This document shows, piece by piece, positions 9,765-19,300 of a stretch of 44,746 nucleotides of DNA. The position numbers were made by a program, and so were the translations under genes. Numbering within the stretch: position 1 is the stretch's first letter; the number at the start of each line of letters is the position of its first letter. Origin of the DNA: Candidatus Limnocylindrales bacterium. GTDB taxonomy: Bacteria; Moduliflexota; Moduliflexia; Moduliflexales; JAUQPW01. Where the stretch lies: contig DATMBG010000036.1 in NCBI GenBank assembly GCA_035559535.1, positions 124,001 through 168,746 of the forward strand. The letters are read 5' to 3'. The notes beneath the pieces were generated by a model. That model was not told where the DNA came from. It saw only the letters and a program-made list of their open reading frames with translations, and did no database searches.

Positions 9765-10762
9765 TTGTCAGTGGAGCCACAGGTTTTATTGGTTATAATC
9801 TGGTCCAGCACCTTTCTCAGCAGGGATTCAAAATCTCAGGACTCATTAGAAACTTCCATAAAGTGGATCTCTTAACCCAATGGGGTGTAGAGCCGGTTCT
9901 TGTAGATTTGCAGGATACAGATAAATTGAAGGAAGCTGTTCGGGGTGCAAAGGTGGTTTTTCACCTGGCCGCTTTGAGGGGAGAAGGATTCTGGAGTTGG
10001 GAAGAGTTTTACCGGGTAAACGTAAAAGGTACCGAGAATCTCTTAAAAGCCTGTTTAAATCAGGTTAACCATTTTATCTACTGTAGTTCGGTCAGTGTCT
10101 TCGGCCATTTTTGGCCAGGACCTGCCACGGAGAACTATCCTTACGCCCCGGTTAACAATTACGGACGATCCAAGGTTGAAGCGGAAAAGCTTGTATTTCG
10201 CTATTATCAAGAAAAAGATCTCCCTGTAACCATCGTCCGCCCGGTCATCACTTACGGTCCTCAGGATGTAAGTGGCATGTTAACCAAGTTAATTCGATTA
10301 ATCTATAGTGGGAAATACTTAACGGTTGGGAATGGAAATAATCGGGTCCATTTGGTTTATATTGATGATCTTATTCAGGGATTTGAACGGATCATGACCC
10401 AACCCAGGGCCGTGGGAGAGGCTTTTATTATCGCCGGAGAAAAGCCGATTACCGTGAACGAGCTGGTCGCCAAGGTAGCTTTCATTTTAAATAAGAAGGT
10501 ACCTCCTTTTCACGTTCCCCGGAGTTTGGCCAGAGGTATCGGATTTTGTCTTGAAAAGATTTTTGCAGCCGGAGCTTCTACCCGTCTTTCTTTTTTTAAG
10601 AAGGAACCTTTATGTACCCGAAGTAAGGTTGATATTATGACCGTGGATTGTTCCTATAGTATTGAAAAAGCCCGGCAACTATTGGGGTATCAACCTCGGG
10701 TCCCCTACGATGAGGGGATTCGATGGACTGTTGAGTGGTTAAGAACCGGCCGGCAGCTTTAA
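9755..10762 (+). CDS. NAD-dependent epimerase/dehydratase (extended SDR)
   Basis: GATGFIG immediately after ATG 9755 (start corrected from 9668), HLAA, YGRSK, RPVITYGP. Confidence 0.9.
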   Translation: MDIVVSGATGFIGYNLVQHLSQQGFKISGLIRNFHKVDLLTQWGVEPVLVDLQDTDKLKEAVRGAKVVFHLAALRGEGFWSWEEFYRVNVKGTENLLKACLNQVNHFIYCSSVSVFGHFWPGPATENYPYAPVNNYGRSKVEAEKLVFRYYQEKDLPVTIVRPVITYGPQDVSGMLTKLIRLIYSGKYLTVGNGNNRVHLVYIDDLIQGFERIMTQPRAVGEAFIIAGEKPITVNELVAKVAFILNKKVPPFHVPRSLARGIGFCLEKIFAAGASTRLSFFKKEPLCTRSKVDIMTVDCSYSIEKARQLLGYQPRVPYDEGIRWTVEWLRTGRQL

Positions 10763-10765
10763 TCC

Positions 10766-11686
10766 ATGAGTTTGATAACTATTTCAGTAGTTATCCCTTC
10801 TTATAACTCAGAGCAAACCATCCGCTCTTGCCTGGAGGCTATTTTAAAGCAAAAGCCAAGGGGAGCCTTTGAGGTTCTTGTGGTAGATAGTTCTACGGAT
10901 TCCACACCGGATATTATCCGACGCGAGTTTCCCACCGTCAAGCTCATTCATTTGGATGAAAAAGCGGATCCTGGGACGGCCAGAAATCTGGGGGTTAAAG
11001 AAGCACAAGGTCGCCTCATTGCCTTTGTTGACTCAGACTGTATCGCGGCTTCGGACTGGCTCTTAAAAATGGAGGAGGCCCATACGGGGGATATCGTTGC
11101 CGTCGGGGGGTCTATAGACAATGGAAATCCCCACAGCCTGATAAGTCGCGCGGGATATTTATGTGAGTTTAGAGATTTTTTACCTGGAATACCCAAACAG
11201 TTGGTCCAACACATCGCCACCGGTAATAGTTCCTATCAGAAGAGTGTCCTGGTTGAGAAGGGAGGATTCTTCGGAGAGTTCCAGGAAGATCTCCTGTTCA
11301 ACTGGCGGTTATCCCAAGAAGGGAAGAAGATTCTTTTTGACCCGACTATACAGGTTCACCATTTTCATCGGACCCATCTGAAGGATTATTTGAAGCATCA
11401 GTATAAAATCGGCAGAACAACCGTGCAGGTCCTGAAGAAAACAGATCTCCAGGGGTCCTTTATCGTCAGGCATCCGGTTCTGGCTGCAGGGATCTTACCG
11501 GTTCTACCCTTTGTCAAATTTATTCGGACGATTTACACATTTATCAAATTCCGATCTATCCACTCTTTAGGTCCTCCCCTGGTAATTCCCCTCTTTTGCC
11601 TGGGGCTTTTTTCCTGGGCATTGGGATTTGCCTCGGGAGTTTATGGTTCACCTTTTAAGATTAAAGGTGAAGATAAGAACCCTTAA
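10766..11686 (+). CDS. Glycosyltransferase family 2
   Basis: SVVIPSYN, VVDSSTD, ARNLG, FVDSDC, EDLLF; C-terminal hydrophobic helices. Confidence 0.9.
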   Translation: MSLITISVVIPSYNSEQTIRSCLEAILKQKPRGAFEVLVVDSSTDSTPDIIRREFPTVKLIHLDEKADPGTARNLGVKEAQGRLIAFVDSDCIAASDWLLKMEEAHTGDIVAVGGSIDNGNPHSLISRAGYLCEFRDFLPGIPKQLVQHIATGNSSYQKSVLVEKGGFFGEFQEDLLFNWRLSQEGKKILFDPTIQVHHFHRTHLKDYLKHQYKIGRTTVQVLKKTDLQGSFIVRHPVLAAGILPVLPFVKFIRTIYTFIKFRSIHSLGPPLVIPLFCLGLFSWALGFASGVYGSPFKIKGEDKNP

Positions 11687-11688
11687 GC

Positions 11689-13008
11689 ATGGCCACTAAA
11701 ATTATAGAATGGGATATTTCTCAACCCATTGTACAGGAAGTCTCAACGGCATCCCATACTTCGGCTTCTCAAATTGGAGGCCTGGAGGGGTATCAGAATT
11801 TGCAAGTACTGGTAAGAATGGGGAGGATTCCATTGGGCCTTGTAAACCTGAAGGTGGATTCTCCTTTTATAGAAGTCTCCATGCTACTTCGAGAAATCTA
11901 CCGACAATTGGGGCAGAAGATTTCCCTGGAATTAGCCAGAAGGCCATCTTTTCCAGGGAAAGGAGAAGCAAAGGAAAGGGAGGGAACAAAGGGAGATGAA
12001 AAGAGAGATGGCCTTTCCTCCTTTTCTCCTTTAGTTTCGGTCTGTGTCTGTACAAGGAACCGTCCTGACGATCTACGTCGTTGTTTAAATTCCCTTATCT
12101 TGCAAGACTATCCCAGGTACGAAATTCTGGTCATCGATAATGATCCTCCGACTTCAGTAACAAAGGAGCTTGTAATGGAGATGAAGGGTCGGCTTGAAGT
12201 TACTGCCATCCGGTATGTTGTAGAACCTCGACGGGGTTTAGATTTTGCCCGGAACCGGGCGATCCAGGAGGCAAGGGGAGAAATTCTATCTTATCTGGAT
12301 GACGATACGGTTGCAGATCCTGGATGGATCACGTCCATAGTCGAAAATTTTCAATCAGATCCCCATATCATGGGTTGTACAGGACCTAATTTGGCCTTGG
12401 AGATGGAAACCGAAGCCCAAGAACTCATGGAATTAAGAGGAGGTTATGGTCATTGGTTTGAAAAAAGGATCTATGAACTCAGCTCTCCGATAGGAAGTTG
12501 TTATCCTTGTAAACCTATCTTTGGAGCCGGATGTAACATGTCTTTTCGGAGAAAGATCTTTGATTTTGTGGGTCTATTTGATGAAGCCCTGGATACTGGC
12601 GTCCCTCTACCGGGGGGTGGGGATGCAGACATGTTCTACCGAATTATTCGGGCAGGCTATAAAATTGCTCAGGATCCTAGGGTCCTGGTTTGGCACCGCC
12701 ATCGACGGCATTATAAAGAGTTACGAAGTCAGTTATACCACTCTTGGGGTCGGGGATTTATGGCCTATCTGGTTAAATCGTATCTGACCGATAAACCCTA
12801 TCGAAAAACCATTCTATCTGCCATAGTAGTCTGGTATGGTTATCAGTTAATAACCCGAGTATTCGGGCGTTTACGGGGAAAATATGATTTTCCAATGGAC
12901 CTGATCCTTGCCGAATTTTTAGGAGGGATAGTAGGCCTTGGGAGTTATTTTACCTCCTGGAGACGTATAGCTAAAATAAAAGCCATAACCGACTCCTGTA
13001 AAACATGA
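11689..13008 (+). CDS. Glycosyltransferase family 2 with N-terminal accessory module
   Basis: SVCVCTRNR, IDND, GLDFARNR, YLDDD, GAGCNMSFRR, GGGDADM, WHRHRR; paralog of 21025-22227 and 23727-24935. Confidence 0.92.
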   Translation: MATKIIEWDISQPIVQEVSTASHTSASQIGGLEGYQNLQVLVRMGRIPLGLVNLKVDSPFIEVSMLLREIYRQLGQKISLELARRPSFPGKGEAKEREGTKGDEKRDGLSSFSPLVSVCVCTRNRPDDLRRCLNSLILQDYPRYEILVIDNDPPTSVTKELVMEMKGRLEVTAIRYVVEPRRGLDFARNRAIQEARGEILSYLDDDTVADPGWITSIVENFQSDPHIMGCTGPNLALEMETEAQELMELRGGYGHWFEKRIYELSSPIGSCYPCKPIFGAGCNMSFRRKIFDFVGLFDEALDTGVPLPGGGDADMFYRIIRAGYKIAQDPRVLVWHRHRRHYKELRSQLYHSWGRGFMAYLVKSYLTDKPYRKTILSAIVVWYGYQLITRVFGRLRGKYDFPMDLILAEFLGGIVGLGSYFTSWRRIAKIKAITDSCKT

Positions 13009-13014
13009 ACTCCC

Positions 13015-14643
13015 ATGAGTCCAGATAGATATACCGTAGAAACTCAACAGACAGGGAGAAGCATAAAGATCGTTTTAGGAATTCTGACCCTACTTCTCCT
13101 TTCAGGCGGGGTTCTGGAACTTTATTGGAGATACTGGGTTATTGTCCCTTTAGAACTCGATTCCCGTAAGGGTCTTGAAGATCTTGTCCTGGCCATGGAC
13201 AGTAAGGATAGAAATACCCGCTGGAAAGCCCTCTCTTTGCTGAGAGAAATAAAGTCGGAGGAAACTCTTCCCCTTTTTGTTAAGGCCTTACAGGATGAAG
13301 ACTTTCGTATACGTGAAGAGGCCGAGAAGGCTCTTCGAGAACTGAAAAGGGAAAGAATGATGGAGTCCCTTCGGTTGATTTTTAAAGAGAAGGATCCCAA
13401 AATACGCCTGATAGCAGTATCTATAGCCGTTTCTTTACTGGCAGGACCCTATGCAGAACCTGCCACCCAGTTCCTCACCTATGCCTTGGAGGATGAAGAC
13501 CGGAATGTCCGTAAAGCGGCTTTGTCTGGATTGGAAAAGTTGGGGTTAGAGAAAATAACCGAACCTCTTCTTAAAGCCTTGCAGGATAAAGACGAGGAAA
13601 TCAGCAAGAAAGCAGCCTCGGATTTACTCCTGGCCAGGCCCGACAACCTGATTTCATCCCTTATACCTCTGCTGAAGTCCGAAGACGTCGACCTTCGGTA
13701 TAAAGCTATTTCTCTACTGGGAGAACTCAAAATCGAACCGGCTCTGGAATTTCTCGTCCAGGCCCTGAAGGACCCGGTTGAGTCTATACGATGGACGGCT
13801 GTATCGGCTCTGGAGGATCTGAAATCAGATCGTTTAGTTGAACCCCTTATTCAGGCACTTCTAAACGATCCATCCGATGGAATCCGTTGGAAAGCGGCTA
13901 CTATATTAGGAAAGCTGAAATCCGACAAGGCCGTAGATCCCCTCATCCAGGTCCTCCTTCATGATAAAAATGAGGGAGTACGATGGGAGGCTTTAACTGC
14001 ATTGGAGGAACTGAAATCTGAAAAAGCCGTAGATTCTCTTATCTGGATTCTGCTGCAGGAGAAGAATTTAAGATGGGGAGCATTGTCGGCTCTCAAGAAA
14101 CTTAAATCCAAAAGGGCTATCGAACCGATTATCCAGATCTTGAAGGATGAAAATGCAGGGATACGTGGGGAAGCAGCAACGGTTCTGGGAGAACTCTGTG
14201 CAAACGCTCCACCGGGGTATCCAACTTGCGAGAAGGCAGTAATGCCCCTTATAGAAGGGCTTAAAGATAAAAATGAATGGGTTCGAGGTCATATGATCAC
14301 CGCCCTGGGGAATTTAAAGTCAAAGACGGCCACGGAACCTCTCCAGAAAATGTTAAACGATCAAGATTTCCAGATCCAGGAGAAAATTGCCTTTGCTTTA
14401 ACCCAGATAGATGCCGAGATGGGAATCTCTCTGCTGGATCATAGATCCATCTGGGTGGTTAAGGGAGCCTCAGAAGCCCTGGCCCAGATCGGCGATGAAA
14501 AAACCCTGGAAGCTTTAAAGAGCCTGGCTGTAGAGCAAAAATTTAACGGAAAAATTTATTATATCTCTATCTCCGATCTTATGGAAAGAATCCAATGGCG
14601 ACTAAAAGAGGAGAAAATTCGGGATGATAAAAATAAAAACTAA
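13015..14643 (+). CDS. Membrane-anchored HEAT-repeat (PBS lyase-like) protein
   Basis: Single N-terminal TM helix, then many ~31-aa repeats L.D....IR..A...LG.L.S..AV.PL. Confidence 0.88.
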   Translation: MSPDRYTVETQQTGRSIKIVLGILTLLLLSGGVLELYWRYWVIVPLELDSRKGLEDLVLAMDSKDRNTRWKALSLLREIKSEETLPLFVKALQDEDFRIREEAEKALRELKRERMMESLRLIFKEKDPKIRLIAVSIAVSLLAGPYAEPATQFLTYALEDEDRNVRKAALSGLEKLGLEKITEPLLKALQDKDEEISKKAASDLLLARPDNLISSLIPLLKSEDVDLRYKAISLLGELKIEPALEFLVQALKDPVESIRWTAVSALEDLKSDRLVEPLIQALLNDPSDGIRWKAATILGKLKSDKAVDPLIQVLLHDKNEGVRWEALTALEELKSEKAVDSLIWILLQEKNLRWGALSALKKLKSKRAIEPIIQILKDENAGIRGEAATVLGELCANAPPGYPTCEKAVMPLIEGLKDKNEWVRGHMITALGNLKSKTATEPLQKMLNDQDFQIQEKIAFALTQIDAEMGISLLDHRSIWVVKGASEALAQIGDEKTLEALKSLAVEQKFNGKIYYISISDLMERIQWRLKEEKIRDDKNKN

Positions 14644-15481
14644 AAGAATTTTTAACCAGGTTCCAAAGTCCAGTCGGATTACCATCCCATCTGAAAAAAC
14701 AAGCCTGGGGCAGGATTGCAAGGAAATTCTGGCCCATCGACAGATTATTAAAAATTTTGTGGGTCGGGACCTTAAAATTAAATACCAAAGATCCATTTTG
14801 GGTTTCTTCTGGACCTTACTTAACCCTTTATTAATGGTGGTTATCTATACCCTGGTCTTTTCAAAAATCCTTCAATTTAACATCCCTTTTTATCCGATTT
14901 TTATTTTAAGCGGTCTTTTGCCCTGGAATTTCTTTTCTCAATCCCTATCCATGGGTTCTAGATCTATAACAGATAATTCGGGTCTCATCAACCAGGTTTC
15001 TTTCCCCCTCGAAATCCTGACCCTCAGTACCATTTTATCTATCCTTGTGGATTTTATTGTGGAATTAGGACTCCTGATGGGTATCCTTTTCATTATGGAT
15101 TGGAATTTAAGTCCTGCCATGTTATTCTTACCGATTCTGATCGTTATAGAATTTATCCTAATTCTGGGTATCTCGTTGATACTGGCCACTTTAAATGTGT
15201 TTTTTAGAGATGTTCAGCATATTATTTCCATCTTGTTGACCGCCTGGTTCTTCCTGACCCCTATATTCTATACCTTTGAATCGGTTCCACCTCCGTACAG
15301 GCCTCTTTATAAGTTAAATCCCATGGCGGGGATTATTGCCGCCTTCAGGGATATTCTCTACTATGATCGCTTCCCCGCGCTCGATTTTCTAATTTATCCG
15401 GGTATCGTGTCGCTGGTGACCTTCCTGGCCGGTTATTTGATTTTTAAAGGTTTCAAAGGAGTTTTTCCCGAAGAAGCTTAA
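14624..15481 (+). CDS. wzm: ABC-2 polysaccharide exporter permease
   Basis: RDLKIKYQRSILGFFWTLLNPL, FFRDVQH, FFLTPIFY, LNPM. Confidence 0.92.
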   Translation: MIKIKTKRIFNQVPKSSRITIPSEKTSLGQDCKEILAHRQIIKNFVGRDLKIKYQRSILGFFWTLLNPLLMVVIYTLVFSKILQFNIPFYPIFILSGLLPWNFFSQSLSMGSRSITDNSGLINQVSFPLEILTLSTILSILVDFIVELGLLMGILFIMDWNLSPAMLFLPILIVIEFILILGISLILATLNVFFRDVQHIISILLTAWFFLTPIFYTFESVPPPYRPLYKLNPMAGIIAAFRDILYYDRFPALDFLIYPGIVSLVTFLAGYLIFKGFKGVFPEEA

Positions 15482-15499
15482 AGGAGTAAGGTACCTTCC

Positions 15500-16237
15500 A
15501 TGAAAGTGGTAGAATGCAGTCATCTTTCTAAGAGATTTAAAATCTATAAACGAAAACAAAACACCTTGAATGGATTTTTTGTGAATCTTTTTCATCCAAA
15601 TTCCTATGAATACTTTTGGGCTTTAAAGGATATAAGTTTTTCCGTCTCTCAAGGAGAAACCTTCGGGATTATTGGCCGAAACGGTTGCGGGAAGACAACT
15701 TTGTTTAAAATTATTTCACGAATTTTACCTCCAACCACAGGGACCCTTTCGATAGAAGGAAAAGTTTCTGCCCTGTTAGCTTTAGGAGCAGGTTTCCATG
15801 GAGAGTTAACGGGACGGGAAAATATTTATTTAAACGGGTCAATTCTGGGATTATCAAAAAAGGAAATCGATCAGAAAATCGAAGCCATTATTGATTTTGC
15901 AGAAATTGTCCGGCCCTTTATCGATACCCAGATTAAGCACTATTCCTCAGGGATGTATCTACGATTGGCTTTTGCAGTTGCCCTGAGTGTTAATCCCGAT
16001 ATCCTTCTGTTGGATGAGATTTTGGGAGTTGGTGATGCCGCATTTTGGTATAAGTGTTTTGATAAAATCACCGAATTTCGGGATCAGGGAAAAACTCTTC
16101 TTCTTATCTCCCACGATCTGAGTTTGATGGAATATTTATGCCATCGGGTTATCTGGATCGATGAAGGGGTTTTGAAGGAAGAGGGTCCTGCAAAGGAAGT
16201 GATAGATCACTATCGGCAAGCAGTGGTCCCTAAATAA
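15500..16237 (+). CDS. wzt: ABC polysaccharide exporter ATPase, no C-terminal carbohydrate-binding module
   Basis: FWALKDISF, GRNGCGKTT, ELTGRENI, YSSGMYLRLAF, LLLDE; only 245 aa. Confidence 0.93.
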   Translation: MKVVECSHLSKRFKIYKRKQNTLNGFFVNLFHPNSYEYFWALKDISFSVSQGETFGIIGRNGCGKTTLFKIISRILPPTTGTLSIEGKVSALLALGAGFHGELTGRENIYLNGSILGLSKKEIDQKIEAIIDFAEIVRPFIDTQIKHYSSGMYLRLAFAVALSVNPDILLLDEILGVGDAAFWYKCFDKITEFRDQGKTLLLISHDLSLMEYLCHRVIWIDEGVLKEEGPAKEVIDHYRQAVVPK

Positions 16238-16264
16238 ATTATCAAATAATGAAATGTGAGGTGT

Positions 16265-16304
16265 CAGAAATCAAGAATTCCAGGATTTCAGTTCTTGATT
16301 TTTG
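16265..16304 (+). terminator. Hairpin between wzt and the trifunctional gene (terminator, attenuator or processing site)
   Basis: cagaaatcaagaa / ttcttgatttttg, 13-bp stem with one G-U pair. Confidence 0.45.
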
Positions 16305-16345
16305 TTCCTTCAGGGTTCCTTACTCTCAGCTTAGCCGGAATAACC

Positions 16346-19300
16346 ATGCGTCCCAGTGTATCTGTGATTATACCTGCTCATAACGCAGCGGACACGCTGG
16401 CACAGACCCTTGAATCGCTTCTTGTCCAGACTGTTCCAGACTGGGAAGCCATTGTTGTCGATGATGGGTCGACCGACAGAACTGCCTTTATAGCTACTAG
16501 CTTTGCGGAACGAGATCCAAGGATACGTACTGTGAGCCAACTCCAGAAGGGTGCAGGGGCTGCCCGCAATGCCGGGATTCGCCTGGCCCATTTCGATTGG
16601 TTGCTCTTCCTGGATGCTGATGATTGGATTCTACCTCCTCTGCTGGAGCGGTTAACAGATGGCCTCATCGCCGATCCCGGTCTTGATGCCGTTCACTGCG
16701 GCTGGGCGCGTATTGCTCCCAATGGAGAAGTTTTCAGTGAGGAAGGCTGTACTCTATCGGGAGATCTATTTGCCAAAGCTGCCTGTAGATGCCCCTTCGT
16801 CATTCATAGTTGCATTGTACGTCGTTCGCTGGTTGAGATGGTGGGTGGCTTTGATTCTACCTTTCAGACGTGTGAAGATTGGGATCTTTGGCAGCGTATT
16901 GCCCGTACAGGGGCTCGTTTTGGGAGGATTCCGGATGTTCTCTCTCGATACCGTATGCGGGGCCATTCCCTCTCGTCCAATGTGCACCAAATGCTCACAG
17001 ACGGCCTTCGGGTCATTACTTTGGGACACTCCCGGGATCCCCGGGTTCCGAATCCAGATCCCGCCCATATGGATGGGTTACCTGTTGAAAACCTATCGGT
17101 TACAAAGGCCCTTTTCGTGATATGGTGGGCTTTCTTTTTGATCGGTTGTGGCCAGAATCCCAAACCCTTGCTTGGCAGGATAAAAGAAAACCGTTATCTC
17201 CCCCTCGATCCTCCTGTCATAGCTCAAATGATCTTCACAACCGTACCCCTGGCCCTATACAAAACGCCTTCTGCCTGGGTTGAGCTCTGGCCCTCCCTTG
17301 CCCGACCTATTGAAGAATTCTTACTTTCCCTTGAAGAACTGACTTCCCCTCCAGGTTTGATGCGCCGCTGTAGTACGATCCTGGAGCGGTTGATTCTGGA
17401 TTACTGGAGTGCCCATATAAGAGGGTCTAAGCCGCAGACACTTTCTATGGGAACGACCCATGCCGTCCGGATTGAGGTAACAGAACCAATTCCGGACCTT
17501 ATCATCCCGGCACCTGCTGAGCGTTTACATTGTACTGTCGAGCTTGAGGGCAAGTCTTTGGGCGTGATCGAACTACCAATTTGCGATGAATTGGTTTCCG
17601 CCCAGGTTCTTACCGATGCCATTGCAGCTAAATTTTTCTGGCCGATCCTTGGGAAGTTCTTTGAACGAACGATTTATCCCGGTGTGGAAATTCGGGAAAC
17701 TTCTAAAGGCTTATCCGTATGGCGTGGAGCTGTGCTCCTGGCAGAGGGACTCCCTAAACCGGAGTCCCAGACCTTTTTCCAGGAAATCCATGATCAAATC
17801 GGCTGGACCCTATTCTTGCAAGAAATCTGGGCACGCCCAGACTGGACCTCTTCCCATTTCTACGATCCCCAATCTGGGGACCAACCAGCCACACGACGCC
17901 ATAGGGTCGCTCAGACCCGTAATGGAAACAACTGGTTGACCTTGGAAGTTAGTGGAGATCTTCCCGATGTAGAAATCATGGATCAGAAGCTCAAAGTCAT
18001 ACCTACTGTTGGCGGTACCGCCCTGGGGATCGTAACGATTTCGGTCAAGGGGAACCTGATACGAGCTCAAGAATTACGGGCCGTTCTTACCACTGTTGGT
18101 GGCTTAGAATTGTGCCGTATGGCTGTACGGGAAGGATTAATTGGCAGGCCTTTCGAAGAAGCTGCATCTCTTCGGACACGCCTGGCTTCGGTCGCTCAGA
18201 AGAACTTCAGAAGCATAACTCCTAAAGAACCAAAGGAGGTTCTCCTGGTACCTGACTGGACCCAAACTGTAGCCCGTGCATTGTCCTGGGATAACCTAAT
18301 AAAACAACCCTTGAGAAGCGTAATCCTTGCCCGGCGAGCCCATGGTCGGATCGGAACCAGTGTCTGCCGACGGGCTTTACTTCCTGCGGCGGCTGCCCCG
18401 GATCTCATCAAAGCTGCCCTGGCTGCCGACGAGCCTGTCATTCAGATTCATGGGTTGAACAAGCAATCCAAACCGACCGTTCACCTGCAGAATCTACTCC
18501 GGCAGGGATGGAACCGGATTTGGCGTCGGAATCCAGGATACGAGGATACAGAACCTCCAGGGCGAGTAATCTACGTTCCAGACCTGCTTTGGCAACCATG
18601 TCGACACACGTCCGTATCCCCTGTGGAAACAAAAGGGTCTGATGAGGAACCTTCACCCCAGAAGAACCGACTTATGGGAGGCTCTTCCTATGATCGACAC
18701 TTCTTCGAGACCATATTCGTAACCCAATCCGATCCTTGGAGATACACCCATCCTTACGAACAGACCAAATACGAGCAAACCCTGGCCCTCCTTCCTACGC
18801 TATCCTTCGACAAAGCCCTTGAGCTTGCCTGTGCCGAAGGTCATTTTACAGTCCAACTGGCCCCTCGTGTCAGAAGCCTTATGGCCGCCGATATTTCCCA
18901 AACGGCACTGGATAGAGCCGCAGCGCGATGCTCAAATTGCAAGAACGTACAGTTCATACGACTCGACCTGACCAAGGACCCGTTGCCCGGTCGCTTCAAC
19001 TTGATTGTCTGTAGCGAGGTCCTTTACTATGTCGGCAGGAGGGATTCCCTGGAAGCAGTGGCCCGTAAGCTTGCCGATGCCCTGGAGCCTGGAGGCTACC
19101 TGATCTCAGCCCATGCCAACCTCGTTGTCGACGAGCCGGATCGTACCGGCTTTGATTGGAACCATCCGTTTGGGGCAAAGGTTATCGGCGAAGTACTGGC
19201 AAGTACACCTCCTCTTCGGCTTGTGAAGGAGCTTCGAACTCCACTTTACCGTATCCAACTCTTCCAACGACAATATCCGATACAAGGGACCTATGAATTG

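Noticed and set aside
8664-10762. Hopanoid tailoring genes (HpnA/HpnH-like)
   Set aside because: No squalene-hopene cyclase or other hpn genes; context is glycan export
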